Positions 39,501 to 54,000 of a DNA stretch of 64,000 nt are shown here, one piece after another. The DNA lies in contig OZ037765.1 of the NCBI GenBank assembly GCA_964035545.1, forward strand, positions 992,001-1,056,000, written 5' to 3'. Within the stretch, counting starts at the first letter, position 1. The number at the start of each line of letters is the position of its first letter. A program made the position numbers and the translations under genes. The DNA is from Bugula neritina (taxonomy: Eukaryota; Animalia; Bryozoa). A model generated the notes under the pieces. The model was not told the origin of the DNA, ran no database searches, and was given only the letters and a program-made list of their open reading frames with translations.

Positions 39501-39805
39501 CCCAGTCTATTTATTATATTCAACTAAGTATTTAACTGTGATGCAATGTTAATATTCCATTACATTAGCAATCATAAATTGGTTTATTTTAATATTGTTT
39601 TGATTATTGATTATTATTCTAAACCTCACCCTGATGAATTGGCATATGTATAGCCTGTGGTACTGAAACTAAACATCATGTACTCTATTGTAGGGCCTCC
39701 TCTGGGCACACATTCCACCTCAGCTATGTCATGACTCTTATAAACGGAATTGTCTTCTTTCTGGTTGAACCTTGGGTTATCGGCATTGCTATTCCATCAG
39801 CATAG
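36570..39805 (+). CDS. ARL6IP6: ARL6-interacting protein 6 homolog, 210 aa
   Basis: Exons 36570-36954, 37214-37349, 39694-39805 (633 nt). C-terminal TYCDSLNPGVMPPAPISSFKYRASSGHTFHLSYVMTLINGIV matches the ARL6IP6 signature (YFDS.EPG.FPPTPLSP.RF....GHSFH.GY.MA.LNGIV). Three hydrophobic segments. Confidence 0.85.
37545..37692. repeat. ~21-23-bp GC-rich minisatellite (CACCACTGGGGTTCCCTCACA-like) x ~7
   Basis: Visible degenerate array in an ARL6IP6 intron. Confidence 0.8.
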
Positions 39806-40412
39806 CCTCGTTTCTACCGAAGCCATCCACGTGCCAAACTAACGTGTTTGAATCTCAGTCTAATATTATTCCAGATCTCATTGATTATACCAAATGAGCA
39901 CAGCATTGTTTTAGTGCTGTTCTCAGCCTCCATTAGTAGTATTAAAGTATTCCAACTACCTCTTTCTGATGAAGCTAACTGTAATATTGATTGTATTCAT
40001 TGACATTTCCATTACTTCTGTTGGCTAATTCTGTTCCACATTTCAGTATCAAGTTTCTACCAGACATAATTAAATAATTAACTCTGGTGTATAGATTAAA
40101 CTCAATCATACTTAGTTAATACATAGTCTGAGTCCCTGAATATCTTCCCTGTTTACTCTCTTCTAAATCAAATTACAATCTTGTATAGGATTTATTTATA
40201 GGTTTATTTAGATATTATGCAGTATTCTAGTTTGTATGTTTCTACTTGGTTGTGTATATATTTCAGGCAATTTTGATATTATTTTGATATGCATTTCTTG
40301 TCCAGTACTATTTTTAATAAAAATAATATTAATATAGAATTCGTATTTTATGTCATTTGCAACACCTCTACAGTATTAAGTATAATTCTCCTTCATTAGT
40401 CAGCTGTGTCTT

Positions 40413-40752
40413 GTATACAGTAATACACTATACAGTAATACTCTATACAGTAATACACTATACAATAATACACTATACAGTAATACACTATACAGTAATA
40501 CACTATACAGTAATACTCTATACACTAATACTCTATACAGTAATACACTATACAGTAATACACTATACAGTAATACACTATACAGTAATACACTATACAG
40601 TAATACACTATACAATAATACACTATACAGTAATACACTATACACTAATATACTCTATACACTAATACTCTATACAGTAATACACTATACAGTAATACAC
40701 TATACAATAATACACTATACACTAATACACTATACACTAATACTCTATATAG
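40413..40752. repeat. 15-bp minisatellite (TATACAGTAATACAC) x ~22 between the convergent ARL6IP6 and METTL5 3' ends
   Basis: Visible array; gives the spurious YTVIH and YSVLL ORFs. Confidence 0.93.
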
Positions 40753-41419
40753 TAAAGTTATTGAGATGAGTTCAGTCAACAAAACCTCATGTATTTGGAA
40801 AACAGCAAGTAGGCTGTAAATTTGGAGTTGTGTGTTCTTTTCCAAGACAAGTGCAAATAAGCAGACAACCCCCAATCAAGTGAAGTTTACAAATAAATAA
40901 ATAGTTTAGCTGGAGCATTCTCTCTCTACTAGCTAATATAGTATTTAGTATTGACTAGAATAAATATAAATAAGACACCTTCCATCATACTATATAGCTA
41001 CTATATATACATTTTATTTCACTTCTGTACTGAGTGTAAAAGCAGTGAATTTAAATACAATAGTTACATAATATTTTCTACAAAGCTTTGTATAAACAGC
41101 AGTCATCAAATATTTGACTCAAAACTCACAGCAATGCTAGAATATCCTGCATGTATGAAAAATAGGCATTCATTGAAGTATTTCCATATACTGACCACAG
41201 TTTTACTGATATCTGAACAAGCACCATGTCCAGATGTTTCCAAAAACACAATAGACAGAATGCGACATATGCAATGAGGTGATAACTCTGTGCTTTAGCA
41301 TGTTTAAATACAGCACCAATAGAGTTCAGCGTACTATTAAAGCATCCAATCAGTTTCCTCTTAAGACAGAACTATTGCCAGTGTCCAATCAAATTATCCC
41401 AACATATACTTATTATGAC

Positions 41420-43624
<2,205 letters not shown>

Positions 43625-43660
43625 CTACTTGCCCTAACATATTTTACCAAGGGAAAGAGT

Positions 43661-43693
43661 GAACATGGGGGCTGCCATGTTTTATCACGTGAC
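43661..43693. promoter_or_regulatory. METTL5 / SRCIN1-like divergent promoter motifs: inverted YY1-like AACATGG...GCCATGTT and E-box TCACGTGA
   Basis: Motifs lie 65-95 bp upstream of the METTL5 ATG. ATCACGTGAC is near the USF/TFEB consensus. Confidence 0.5.
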
Positions 43694-45078
43694 TCTTGTC
43701 ATTAACAAATAAGCGCTACGGCTTTTGTTTACTATTCTCAGACATAGCCTTAGTTATTTATTAAGTAACGTGCGTTTAGCTTGCAGGTAGCCACTTTAAT
43801 TATAGATATTATTAAATGTGTAAGCCACAGTCTTGGAATCAAGCACGTTTCTTTGAATAGGCTCACATGTAACAGCGGTGGTAAAAGATAAAAATTCTTT
43901 TGTTCACTATTCACGAATAATAATTTAATTATAATATTAATAAGCTTTTAATCTTTCAAACTTCTATTCTGGATGCAAATAACTCATTGCCTATTGGTTT
44001 GATATTTTAGTAAGTATCATTATGCTTAAAGTTAATTAAGCTGTAAGTCTTGAAATCGATCTTAAAGTTAATATTTTACTTTTAGTTTTACTTTTACTTT
44101 TACTTTTACTTTTAGACTCAGACTGAAACTTCTACTTTTAGTTTTACCTTTTCTTTTAGTTTTTTAATTATTGTTAGTATAGGTATTACTTTTCAATATT
44201 ATTAATACTAATAGTGTTATATTTACTCTCATATTTGTAGTTATTATTGATATGATTAATATAATAAATAAAATCAATGCGGATACCATCAATGATTATC
44301 ATAAATGATAAATAATTTGTAAGCATTATGATTATAACTTATTTCTATGAGTATCAGTATGAGCTGTTTCTATGAGTATGAGTCTCAGTGACTATGAGTT
44401 ATGAGTTTATCGTTATGAATATAATATTTTTTTATTTTCAAGTTAAAAAGCTTTATTCGTATTTTTAGTAATAACTATGTAGGTATTATCATAATTTATA
44501 ATTTATTTAATTGTCATTGTTAATCATAAAGTGGTTATGGTAACCATATTCATATTGATATTGATATTCAGAGCTATTTAAAAATGATCTCACTTTACTT
44601 AAGCTTTCAATTTTTTCTTACTTCATAAAATAAAATCACTCTAGTACTAACTTGTGGCCCAAGTTAAAATTGTGGTGTAAAGCTCATGAGTGATTTTCCT
44701 GTTGTTTTTTAGATAGAATAATATTTGTCATCTATGTGAAATTTATCTGACTCTAACATGTACTTGTAACTAAGAGTAATAAATAGTTTGACCAGGTGAC
44801 AGTGTGGAGGTAAAATAATTTTAATAAAATATCACATGATATACCATATGTAGGTATGAATGATTATTTCATGAACTCCCAATCATGTTTAGCAGGTTTT
44901 TCATTATTTTTCACCGTCAAGTAAACTAGATTCTAGTTGATGCACTACTATTATGTAAAAGAGTTTAACTGAATAAACCATAATGACAGTGAAATTTCAA
45001 TTCTATCTTTGAACCATGTCTGTTAATTTTTTCAATACTTTGTTAGGTGAAATACAATGTAACTAGAAGATTCTTGAG

Positions 45079-48000
45079 ATGGGATTATTTAGTAAGAAAA
45101 AGTCTAAACCTGCTGACAGCATTGCTGTTAGTAACGAGAGAATAAAGTCAGTCGCTGACACTGCTGTCACCAACTCCTCAGCATCTCAGTCCCGTCTCTC
45201 CAGGACGCTGCCGTATCCTAGTAAAAGTGTCAGGTTTGCAGCAGGTGAATTCTCACAACCCTGTGTAGTCTTAACTCATTCACTGTGATAACTGCTAGAA
45301 ACTGTGTTGCTATTACATTTATTTAAAAGAGAATGATTTTGTCTAGACCTGACACGATTTCACAGCTTAAAATAGATTTGTTGCTATATAATACTGTCAA
45401 AGCAAAGTGTGTAGTTTACTAGTTTCATAAGATTGTACAACCTAGTTACTACTTGCACCGCACCTATATTTTCATTACTAGTTAGCAATTTCAACACAAT
45501 GCTGTATAATTGTCTATTGAAAATCAAATACATTTACTTATAATCATAGGGTCATTAACTAGCCACTAACATTAACTAATCTTCGTTTATTTATATTATT
45601 TTATGTAAGTTAGTTCATTCAGTGCTTATTTCTCAAAGATAGTTAATTGTACTAATGAATAGATCAGGTACTATTATATTGGCATGGTGTTCCCATCATA
45701 TCTAGTTGTGTGTTGCTTGATCCAAGAAACTTAGTGTACCTCAAGGTTTTTTAGTATTTGGGTAGTTATTTTAATACTTGCTGGGTTTGCCAAAAGAAAA
45801 GTGTTTTATCATATATCTCTTATTTGTTTCTTGTTTCAAGTTCGTTGTTTTCATCTTTATTTCAAACTAATGGGTTTAGCAAAGAGCTAGTTCTACTACT
45901 TAGCCAATCACTACTAGTGATTACATTTACTGGGCATGCTCAAGCATCTCTTCAACTTCACTCCCCAATTACTAATCAATACAGACGGACCTCTTCACTC
46001 CCCATACGTGTGTAACTACCCTGTCGTCTGCAACTATACTCTCTAGTCTGCAACTACCCTGTCGTCTGCAACTACACTCTCTAGTCTGTAACTACCCTGT
46101 CGTCTGCAACTATACTCTCTAGTCTGCAACTACCCTGTCGTCTGCAACTATACTCTCTAGTCTGTAACTACCCTGTCGTCTGCACACCCCACTCTTCTCT
46201 CTAATACAGTCTATCAGCACTAGGCAAGCCTCCTATGTTTACTCTAGCTCTAAGGTCGATGTTTTTATAGATTTGAAAAACTCTGCGCACAATGCACCGC
46301 AGTAGTGAAATATCGAGCCCTAAGTGTAGGCATTGATAAGTGTGTTTGTATTGGCAGTGTTTTCGCTTCTCGCCTTTCCTGGGAATGTTTTGCTCCACAA
46401 CTGACACCAACGTTGCGCTGATATGCTATCGATAATGACATTGCAATATGTTTTAATACATGTGTGTACACAAATGTGTCTAAATACACAGTGTTGAGTG
46501 TGGGCATAGGCCTGGTAAATGTTCTAGTACTACACACACCAACACACGCACCACACACACACTCTCTCACACACACACACACACACACTCACACACACAC
46601 ACTCTCACACACACACACACACACACACTCACACACACACACTCTCACACACACACACACTCTCACACACACACACACACACTCACATGCAAACACACAT
46701 TCACATACAAACAAACACACACTCTCACACAGCACCACAGTTTACGGAATCACTTCATTTTTCACGTACACCAAATAGGAATAACATTCTTCAAGGTAAA
46801 TTTTGTGTAATACAAACTTCATTATACTGTCAAAAGTTACAATGAAATTGCCTTAGTTCTAAGTAGGACGAGAAAGTTTATAAACAGAACTACGTGCTAA
46901 TTATTTGCTCCCAGTTCTTGTTTTCACATCTTTATTCCTGTGTGGCCTTTTCTTTCTCCACAGATGTTAATATATTCAGTTTATTCTAGTAGTTCAAACT
47001 ATAAGAAAGATGCATAAAGAAATTTACATATTTTATACTTTGAGGAAGCAGACATTCAGCAGACGATCTACTTACGTCTGCATATCTTTCTGTCATCATA
47101 TCATTATATACAATCATATTTATTAATGACAGGTTTAAAAGGTTTTCCAACACAACTGAAGCTCATAAGCTATAAAATTAGTTATTTCTTGTTGATAAAG
47201 CTAACAGGGTAAAGATTACACCATGTAGTAGTTATTTCATTGTCTACAGAAACTTTTGAACTACTGAGCACTAAAACTTGGGGGAGGGTGTTTTATTTTC
47301 TTAAGTCACAGTATCTCCAACTGCAAGTGCTTTAAGTGTCACTTAAAGGCAGGTGGTTATTAGCAGGAGTCAAGAGAGGAGAGATAATTGTTATTATAGG
47401 GCAGACTTTGAAAGGGCATAATCAGTATAATAGAGTGAGCTACTTCAGTCAACTGTAAAGATCAAATCTCTGGTAGATTGAATTCAACTAACAAAAGATG
47501 TTTCAACATCTTCACCAGTCTTGATTTCCCTGCCTTATGAGTAGTTCATTGCTACGTGCAGGTTGATGCTTTTGAAAGTAACTTCTGATGGAAATTGAAA
47601 TGTGTTGAAAATGTTGTGTATATTTTAATCCCGGTTGATTTATTTTAAGCTATTCAAAAGCTGAGAATTTATGAAATTGCAAAGCTTAAATTTTGGCCTG
47701 TTTTTAGTAATGCTTTATTTACAGCTCATTAAACTTAAATGTGCAAGTTTCAGTACTGAATATTCACAATTTTTAGAGTTTAACTTCAATATCTAATTTA
47801 AGTTTGGTCTTCAAGCTCAGTAGAAATAGGTTCTCCCATAATGATGGGTTCAGTGGCAAATTTGAGTAGCTAAAGTAGTTTATTTACCTTATTGTTACAC
47901 TTCCATAAATAAACTATTAAACTGAGTTTAATTTAATCGATAAGTTTTGTAATTACACGTGATATTGAATGTGCACTCAGTGTACGATATCCCAATAGCA

Positions 48001-51000
48001 TTGACTTAGTTCATAGTCTCTTAGTGCAAAGAACTCTTGCATTCAAGTGGGGATTATAGGTGTACATTACACTTATATCAACTTACTCCCTTACACTTCA
48101 CAAATTATTGCTATTAGTTATCTAACTAACACCGTAACTAAAGAAATAGGATCACGTTATACTGTGTAGTTTGTATACAGTATTGTGTGCTGCAGTTCAT
48201 GTTTCATTACCAAGTCTTTCTCATAACCCCAAACCTTACAAATTATTGTGTTTTTCAGCGGTCAGTGATGACGAGGGAGGTTTCGTTACAGACTCTGAGC
48301 TGGAGATAAACAGAAATGCTAGATATGGCTCTTTGGTAAGTGAAGGTAGAATATGTTTACCTCCCGTGAAGTTGTATGGCTGTACGTAACACAAACAGAG
48401 ATGTTCTATAGAAAGATGGTGTCTTATTAAATTGTGAGCTCACGTTGAATGAATATCTCTCTAAACCCAACAGCAGCTTTGATAGTCCCTTGCAGTACTA
48501 TTAGTAATAGTATTAGTAATACTAATAGTGATAGTATTAGTATTAGTTATAGTATTAGTAATAGTATTAGTTGAACGGTTATAACTAAAAATATTCATCT
48601 CTAAAACACAAACTGGTCCTATAAAGTTTCAGGTGTTACTTTTTATATGTTTTTTGCTCTGCTAATAGTTTTTGAGCTGATAAGCTGTCTAATGCATGTT
48701 TTATTGTCATCTGTTAATATAATGTGTTAATGTAGTGTGTTAATGTAGTGTGTTAATGCAGTGTGTTAATGCATCATAACACCTAGCTATACAACACATG
48801 GTGGTCCTGCCTTGGTAATCCCTCACTCATCTTGCTAATCTTAGTAACTTATCTCCTAGAGTCTAGACTTACATCTCTTCCTCAATAGCTATTGGCTAAT
48901 CAGTTTTACAAAGACTTTGTGACTGTAACACAGCTGTGACCGTAACATAGCTGTGATCGTAACATAACTGTCACTATAACATTGCTGTGACTATAAATAC
49001 AGACTGCACAAACATCTTGATAGACTAACACCAACAGAAGTAAGAATTGTTCAAAGTTGGGAGGAAACTGAAACAATAAAGCAATCAGTGGTCTAAGAAT
49101 AACTCCATTGTTGTTTATTGTTTGTTTTTGTTGACTGCACTAAGCTGTTGGAGAGCGACTAGAGGCAGATGTTAGTGCAGCTACTCTTCTCGCTGTTTAC
49201 TCTACACAGACTATCTGCTTCCTGTCTAGTATTTGAGTTTTTGCTAAAACAGCATCTCCATTTTGTCATTTAAGGGTTTGGTGTGTTAAGTTTAATTACG
49301 TCATTGTTTACATGTTTCATATTTACAGTGTTTACCAGGTTGATACAGGATCTATCAGTTAAACATCTTGCATGTTTCTTACTCTTGTTTTACTAAGGGT
49401 CGTGTTTTAAGAAAATCAAATGGAAAATGAAATTGAAGTCGAAAAAAATACAAAAAAATGAAAAAATCAGAAAAGGAAAAACTTGAAATAAAAAACCAGA
49501 AAATCTCTATATACAAGTTTTAACTGATTTGTTGTTTATCGTGACTAACTAGTAATATCCTAGCTGATGGAGCTACTGCCTTCTCATCCCGAATCTATTC
49601 ATCACACTTCACTCTGTTGCATTAGTTTATTGTTGACTAGTCAGGTTATTGATTAGTGTTTGTTTACACAATTCAGTCACTTGACTTTTAGTGATAAATG
49701 ATTACATGTTACCCTGAGTCCAACTGCTTGCCCCTTCCTGTACTACAGTAACATGTACTACAGTAACATGTACTACAGCAACATGTACTACAGTAACATG
49801 TACTACAGTAACATGTACTACAGTAACATGTACTACAACAACATGTACTACAGTAACATGTACTACAACAACATGTACTACAGTAACATGTACTACAGTA
49901 ACATATACTACAGCAACAAGTACTACAGTAACCTGTACTACAGCCACATGTACTACAGCAACATGTACTACAACAACATGTACTACAGTAACATGTACTA
50001 CAGCCACATGTACTACAGCAACATGTACTACAACAACATGTACTACAGTAACATGTACTACAGTAACATGTACTACAACATATAGTTGGTAGTTATGTAC
50101 TACTAACACTGTCTACCACAGCTACATGGTGCTGTATGTAACAACTGATATATTGAAGATAGATTGTTGTACTTAGCAGCTGAACTCCTCCATTTTGTAT
50201 TACATCACTTCCTGTTGTATTGTAGAGAGCTCGACCTTCCGTTCCTTTGACTATGCGGGGGAGAGAATCCTTTCTCAGGACTCAGTCTTATGATCAGGGA
50301 CGGTCTCACTCCTACTCTGAGAGACAGGTAGGATCACAAGCTATTTATTCTTCCTGTGCACGGGATTGTGGGACTGCAGGAAGTGGTATTGTAAGAGTGA
50401 AGTTACGTGAATGTCTCAGTTACTAGCTGGAGCTTGTGTAAAGTTTTAATTACACTGTTAGTTACTTTTCTCACAGCACATACTGGTGTGTAAACTTCAT
50501 TCCATTGAGGGGAAAAATCTTAAATTTTAAATTTTCAAGCCATTTCAGTGATTAAGCTGTGTGTTGCGGCAGCTATGAATAGCACACAATGGAAGTCAGC
50601 AATGATTACTGTCAGTTGTATAGTAATATAGAAACATCAGCAAGTTATCAGAAATCCTAGAATAACTCAAGACATGTTTGCACAAAGATTTGTTATAAAA
50701 CACAATTGTGTGAGCAGACAATCCTTAAACGGTCTGTAGATGATAGCTGAGGTATATTTGTGGATATTTTAATATAACACAAATTGCGTGTGTCAAGGAT
50801 TCTTTGAGTTATGCTCAGTGTTGTGTAGGTATAGTAGAAAGTGTTTTGGAAGTAATGCAGAGTTTTAATTGGTTAGTTTCTCAATATATTACGTTTCCAT
50901 CCAATCTATCATTTATCCAATCACATTTCAATATACAATATTTCCTCCAATCATATTCTACCATACAGCTTCTAGTCCAATCATATTCCAGCTTGTGTTA

Positions 51001-54000
51001 TTCCCTTCAGCACGCCAACCCGGTGGTTCAGTCGAGTCAGAGTCCGCTATGGAAGAGTAACGGCATGACATCATATCCTGTTGCTCCGGTTGAGGAGGAC
51101 TACATGTCGGACAGTTCTACTGCCAGCAGTTTCGCTAGAGGCTCCAGAGCCAGGTCCAGTTTACCCATCATCAGACACATCTCCACCAGACACGTAGGTG
51201 AGTCATACAGTCTACTTACACCACCAGACACGTGGGTGAGTCATACAGTCTACTTACACCACCAGACACGTGGGTGAGTCATACATTCTACTTACACCAC
51301 CAGACACGTGGGTGAGTCATACAGTCTACTTACACCACCAGACACGTGGGTGAGTCATACAGTCTACTTACACCACCAGACACGTGGGTGAGTCATACAG
51401 TCTACTTACACCACCAGACACGTGAGTGAGTCATACAGTCTACTTACACTACCAGACACGTGGGTGAGTCATACAGTCTACTTACACCACCAGACACGTG
51501 GGTGAGTCATACAGTCTACTTACACCACCAGACACGTGGGTGAGTCATACAGTCTACTTACACCACCAGACACGTGGGTGAGTCATACAGCCCACTTACA
51601 CTACCAGACACGTGGGTGAGTCATACAGTGTCTCACCTTCTCATTCAGCTCACTTCTGTCCTGAACTTAGAATATGTTGTTTTTAATCCAGAGATTTGTT
51701 TGAATATGGAGTATTATTCAATATTTACTGGAGTATTTACTGCCAACACTAGAAATCTAATGGCATATATAAGGCCTGTATAGCTCACACCTTAACACAC
51801 TGTTACTGTTACTATAATCTGGTGGTTATAAGACAAATACTGGTCTTCTTGTATATGTGTTTAATTTAGTATTTAGTACAAGACATTATGTCATCGGTAT
51901 CAAGATGTATTAGTGCTTCCGTTTACCTTCGGAAATTCCTTGTTCGAACATCAAATGTTAGCTCTATTTTGATTGGCTCTAGGTTTGGTGTTTCTAACCT
52001 ATCAGAACGTGACTAAGAAGACAGTGTTACCCTCTGAGATCAAGAACCTTGACACTATAAAGGCCATGTTCCTACGCTGCTTCCCCCAACAGCTGACCCC
52101 TGACCTCTTGAACTCTCCCCGCAGACGCTTCTATATACTCGATAGAAGTTCTAATCGCTTTTTCCTTCTGGTGCATCTACAGTAAGTATACAGTATACCG
52201 TAAGTATAATAAACAGTAAGTATACTATAGAGTAAGTGTAGTATACAGTAAGTATAATATACAGTAAGTATAATATACAGTAAGTATAATATACAGTAAG
52301 TATAATATACAGTTAGTATACTATAGAGTAAGTATACTATACAGTAAGTATACTATACAGTAAGTATAATATATAGTAAGTATAATATACAGTAAGTATA
52401 GTATACAGTAAGTATAATATACAGTTAGTATACTATAGAGTAAGTATACTATACAGTAAGTATACTATACAGTAAGTATAATATATAGTAAGTATAATAT
52501 ACAGTAAGTATAGTATACAGAAAGTATAATATACAGTAAGTATACTATAGAGTAAGTATAATATACAGTAAGTATAATATACAGTAAGTATACTATAGAG
52601 TAAGTATAATATACAGTAAGTATAATATACAGTAAGTATAATATAATGTGGTACAGCAAGTCTTACTCTGTGTATCAGGGAAGTGCGTGACGGGACAATG
52701 CTGAAGCTAGTAGACTCGGGCGCTCTCACTCCCAGCACCGTGAGAAGGTCACGCTCCGCCCACTCAGCCTTGACCTCTGACCTCAACTACTTCTCTGAGC
52801 CCGAGTTTGATATCGGCTCCACCAACAGTGAGTCTGGACTGTACACCCTGCCGCTCTGAGAGTGACTGGAGCTCAGGCTTTCAGTTGTAGCTCTGGTTCT
52901 ACTAATAGTTGCTGGGGTCTGAACTCAGAGCCCCGTATTCTTTTTTAGACTGAGCTCTGTAACTGTATGGAGCCATGGCACACATTTTTGACCTATTATG
53001 CCCAAATAATTCTTAGTTAATTGAAATCGCGTTTTATTGTAAAGATTTTACATTTCTAACAATCAAAATTATTTTTCAAAACTACTAAATTATATTTTTT
53101 GTCAACTACTGGTGAAATTTGGTTATTTTGCTTATCAAATGGGCCATTTTTATTCTGTAAAACACATTATCATCTTCTGCTAATGGAAATTTATTATGTA
53201 AACTTGTGTAGGCCACCAGTTGAGTTACTGAGTTACCAGAAATATTGGGAGTTATTTTCTCTTGTATAGAGGGAGGCAATTCCACATTGCCCAGTACCTT
53301 ACATAGAATGTCCATCACAAAAGAGACGAATATAGATGAGCCAGTTTCGAATAGCTGGGGCCACCACTCTGTGCCTTCCCACAATCCTCCTCCACTAGTA
53401 CAATCAGCCTATGGCCAGTCTGTGTCAGGTGAGTGCAACTCCTACTCTTAACTTGTGGCTCCCAAAACGAATTATATCAATGTTATTGAATTAATTGTTA
53501 AATCAGCCAATAAAAGTACCAAACAAATGAATTGATTTACACTACTTCAATGAGAATTTTCTCCCCATAAACATAGTAGTAGTAGTTATAGATCAAGTCT
53601 TGAAGTCCGTTGTCAATATATGTAGCTATTATTTCCTTTTTCACTGGAGAGTTTGCATTCGAAAGGCTAAATCAGACTACACACATTCTCAACTGTTCGC
53701 AGGTCACTTGACTATAAAGTTGTAATCTGCAAAAGTATTTGTAGAGTTGACAATTCCAAGTGTCTGAAATTCAATATTATGTCACTTAATAGCCAGCGTA
53801 CTACTATTTTATGGTGTATTTTGTCATTAGACTTTGGGAGTAATCATCCCATGTATTATTACTCGGCTATGAGAGAGGCATACTCTGACTGGAATGTATA
53901 CCGTGCAGGTATACACGCAGGTAACGTATTTAGATGACGTTACGCACATTTTGTTGAGTTTGGGGTGCTCCAGTATCACACGGCTGGCTGGGTTTGGCAC

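Noticed and set aside
39440-39510. tRNA/SINE head (GTTCGAACC B-box); a similar trace at 5270-5325
   Set aside because: Too degenerate to support without a repeat library.
40357-40875. ORFs with YTVIH / YSVLL repeats
   Set aside because: Translations of a 15-bp minisatellite.
46265-46778. His-Thr-rich and Cys-Val ORFs
   Set aside because: Translations of a (CA)n microsatellite.
49702-50109. MYYSN and VVHVT repeat ORFs (prion- or amyloid-like)
   Set aside because: Translations of an intronic 15-bp minisatellite with no splice or promoter support.
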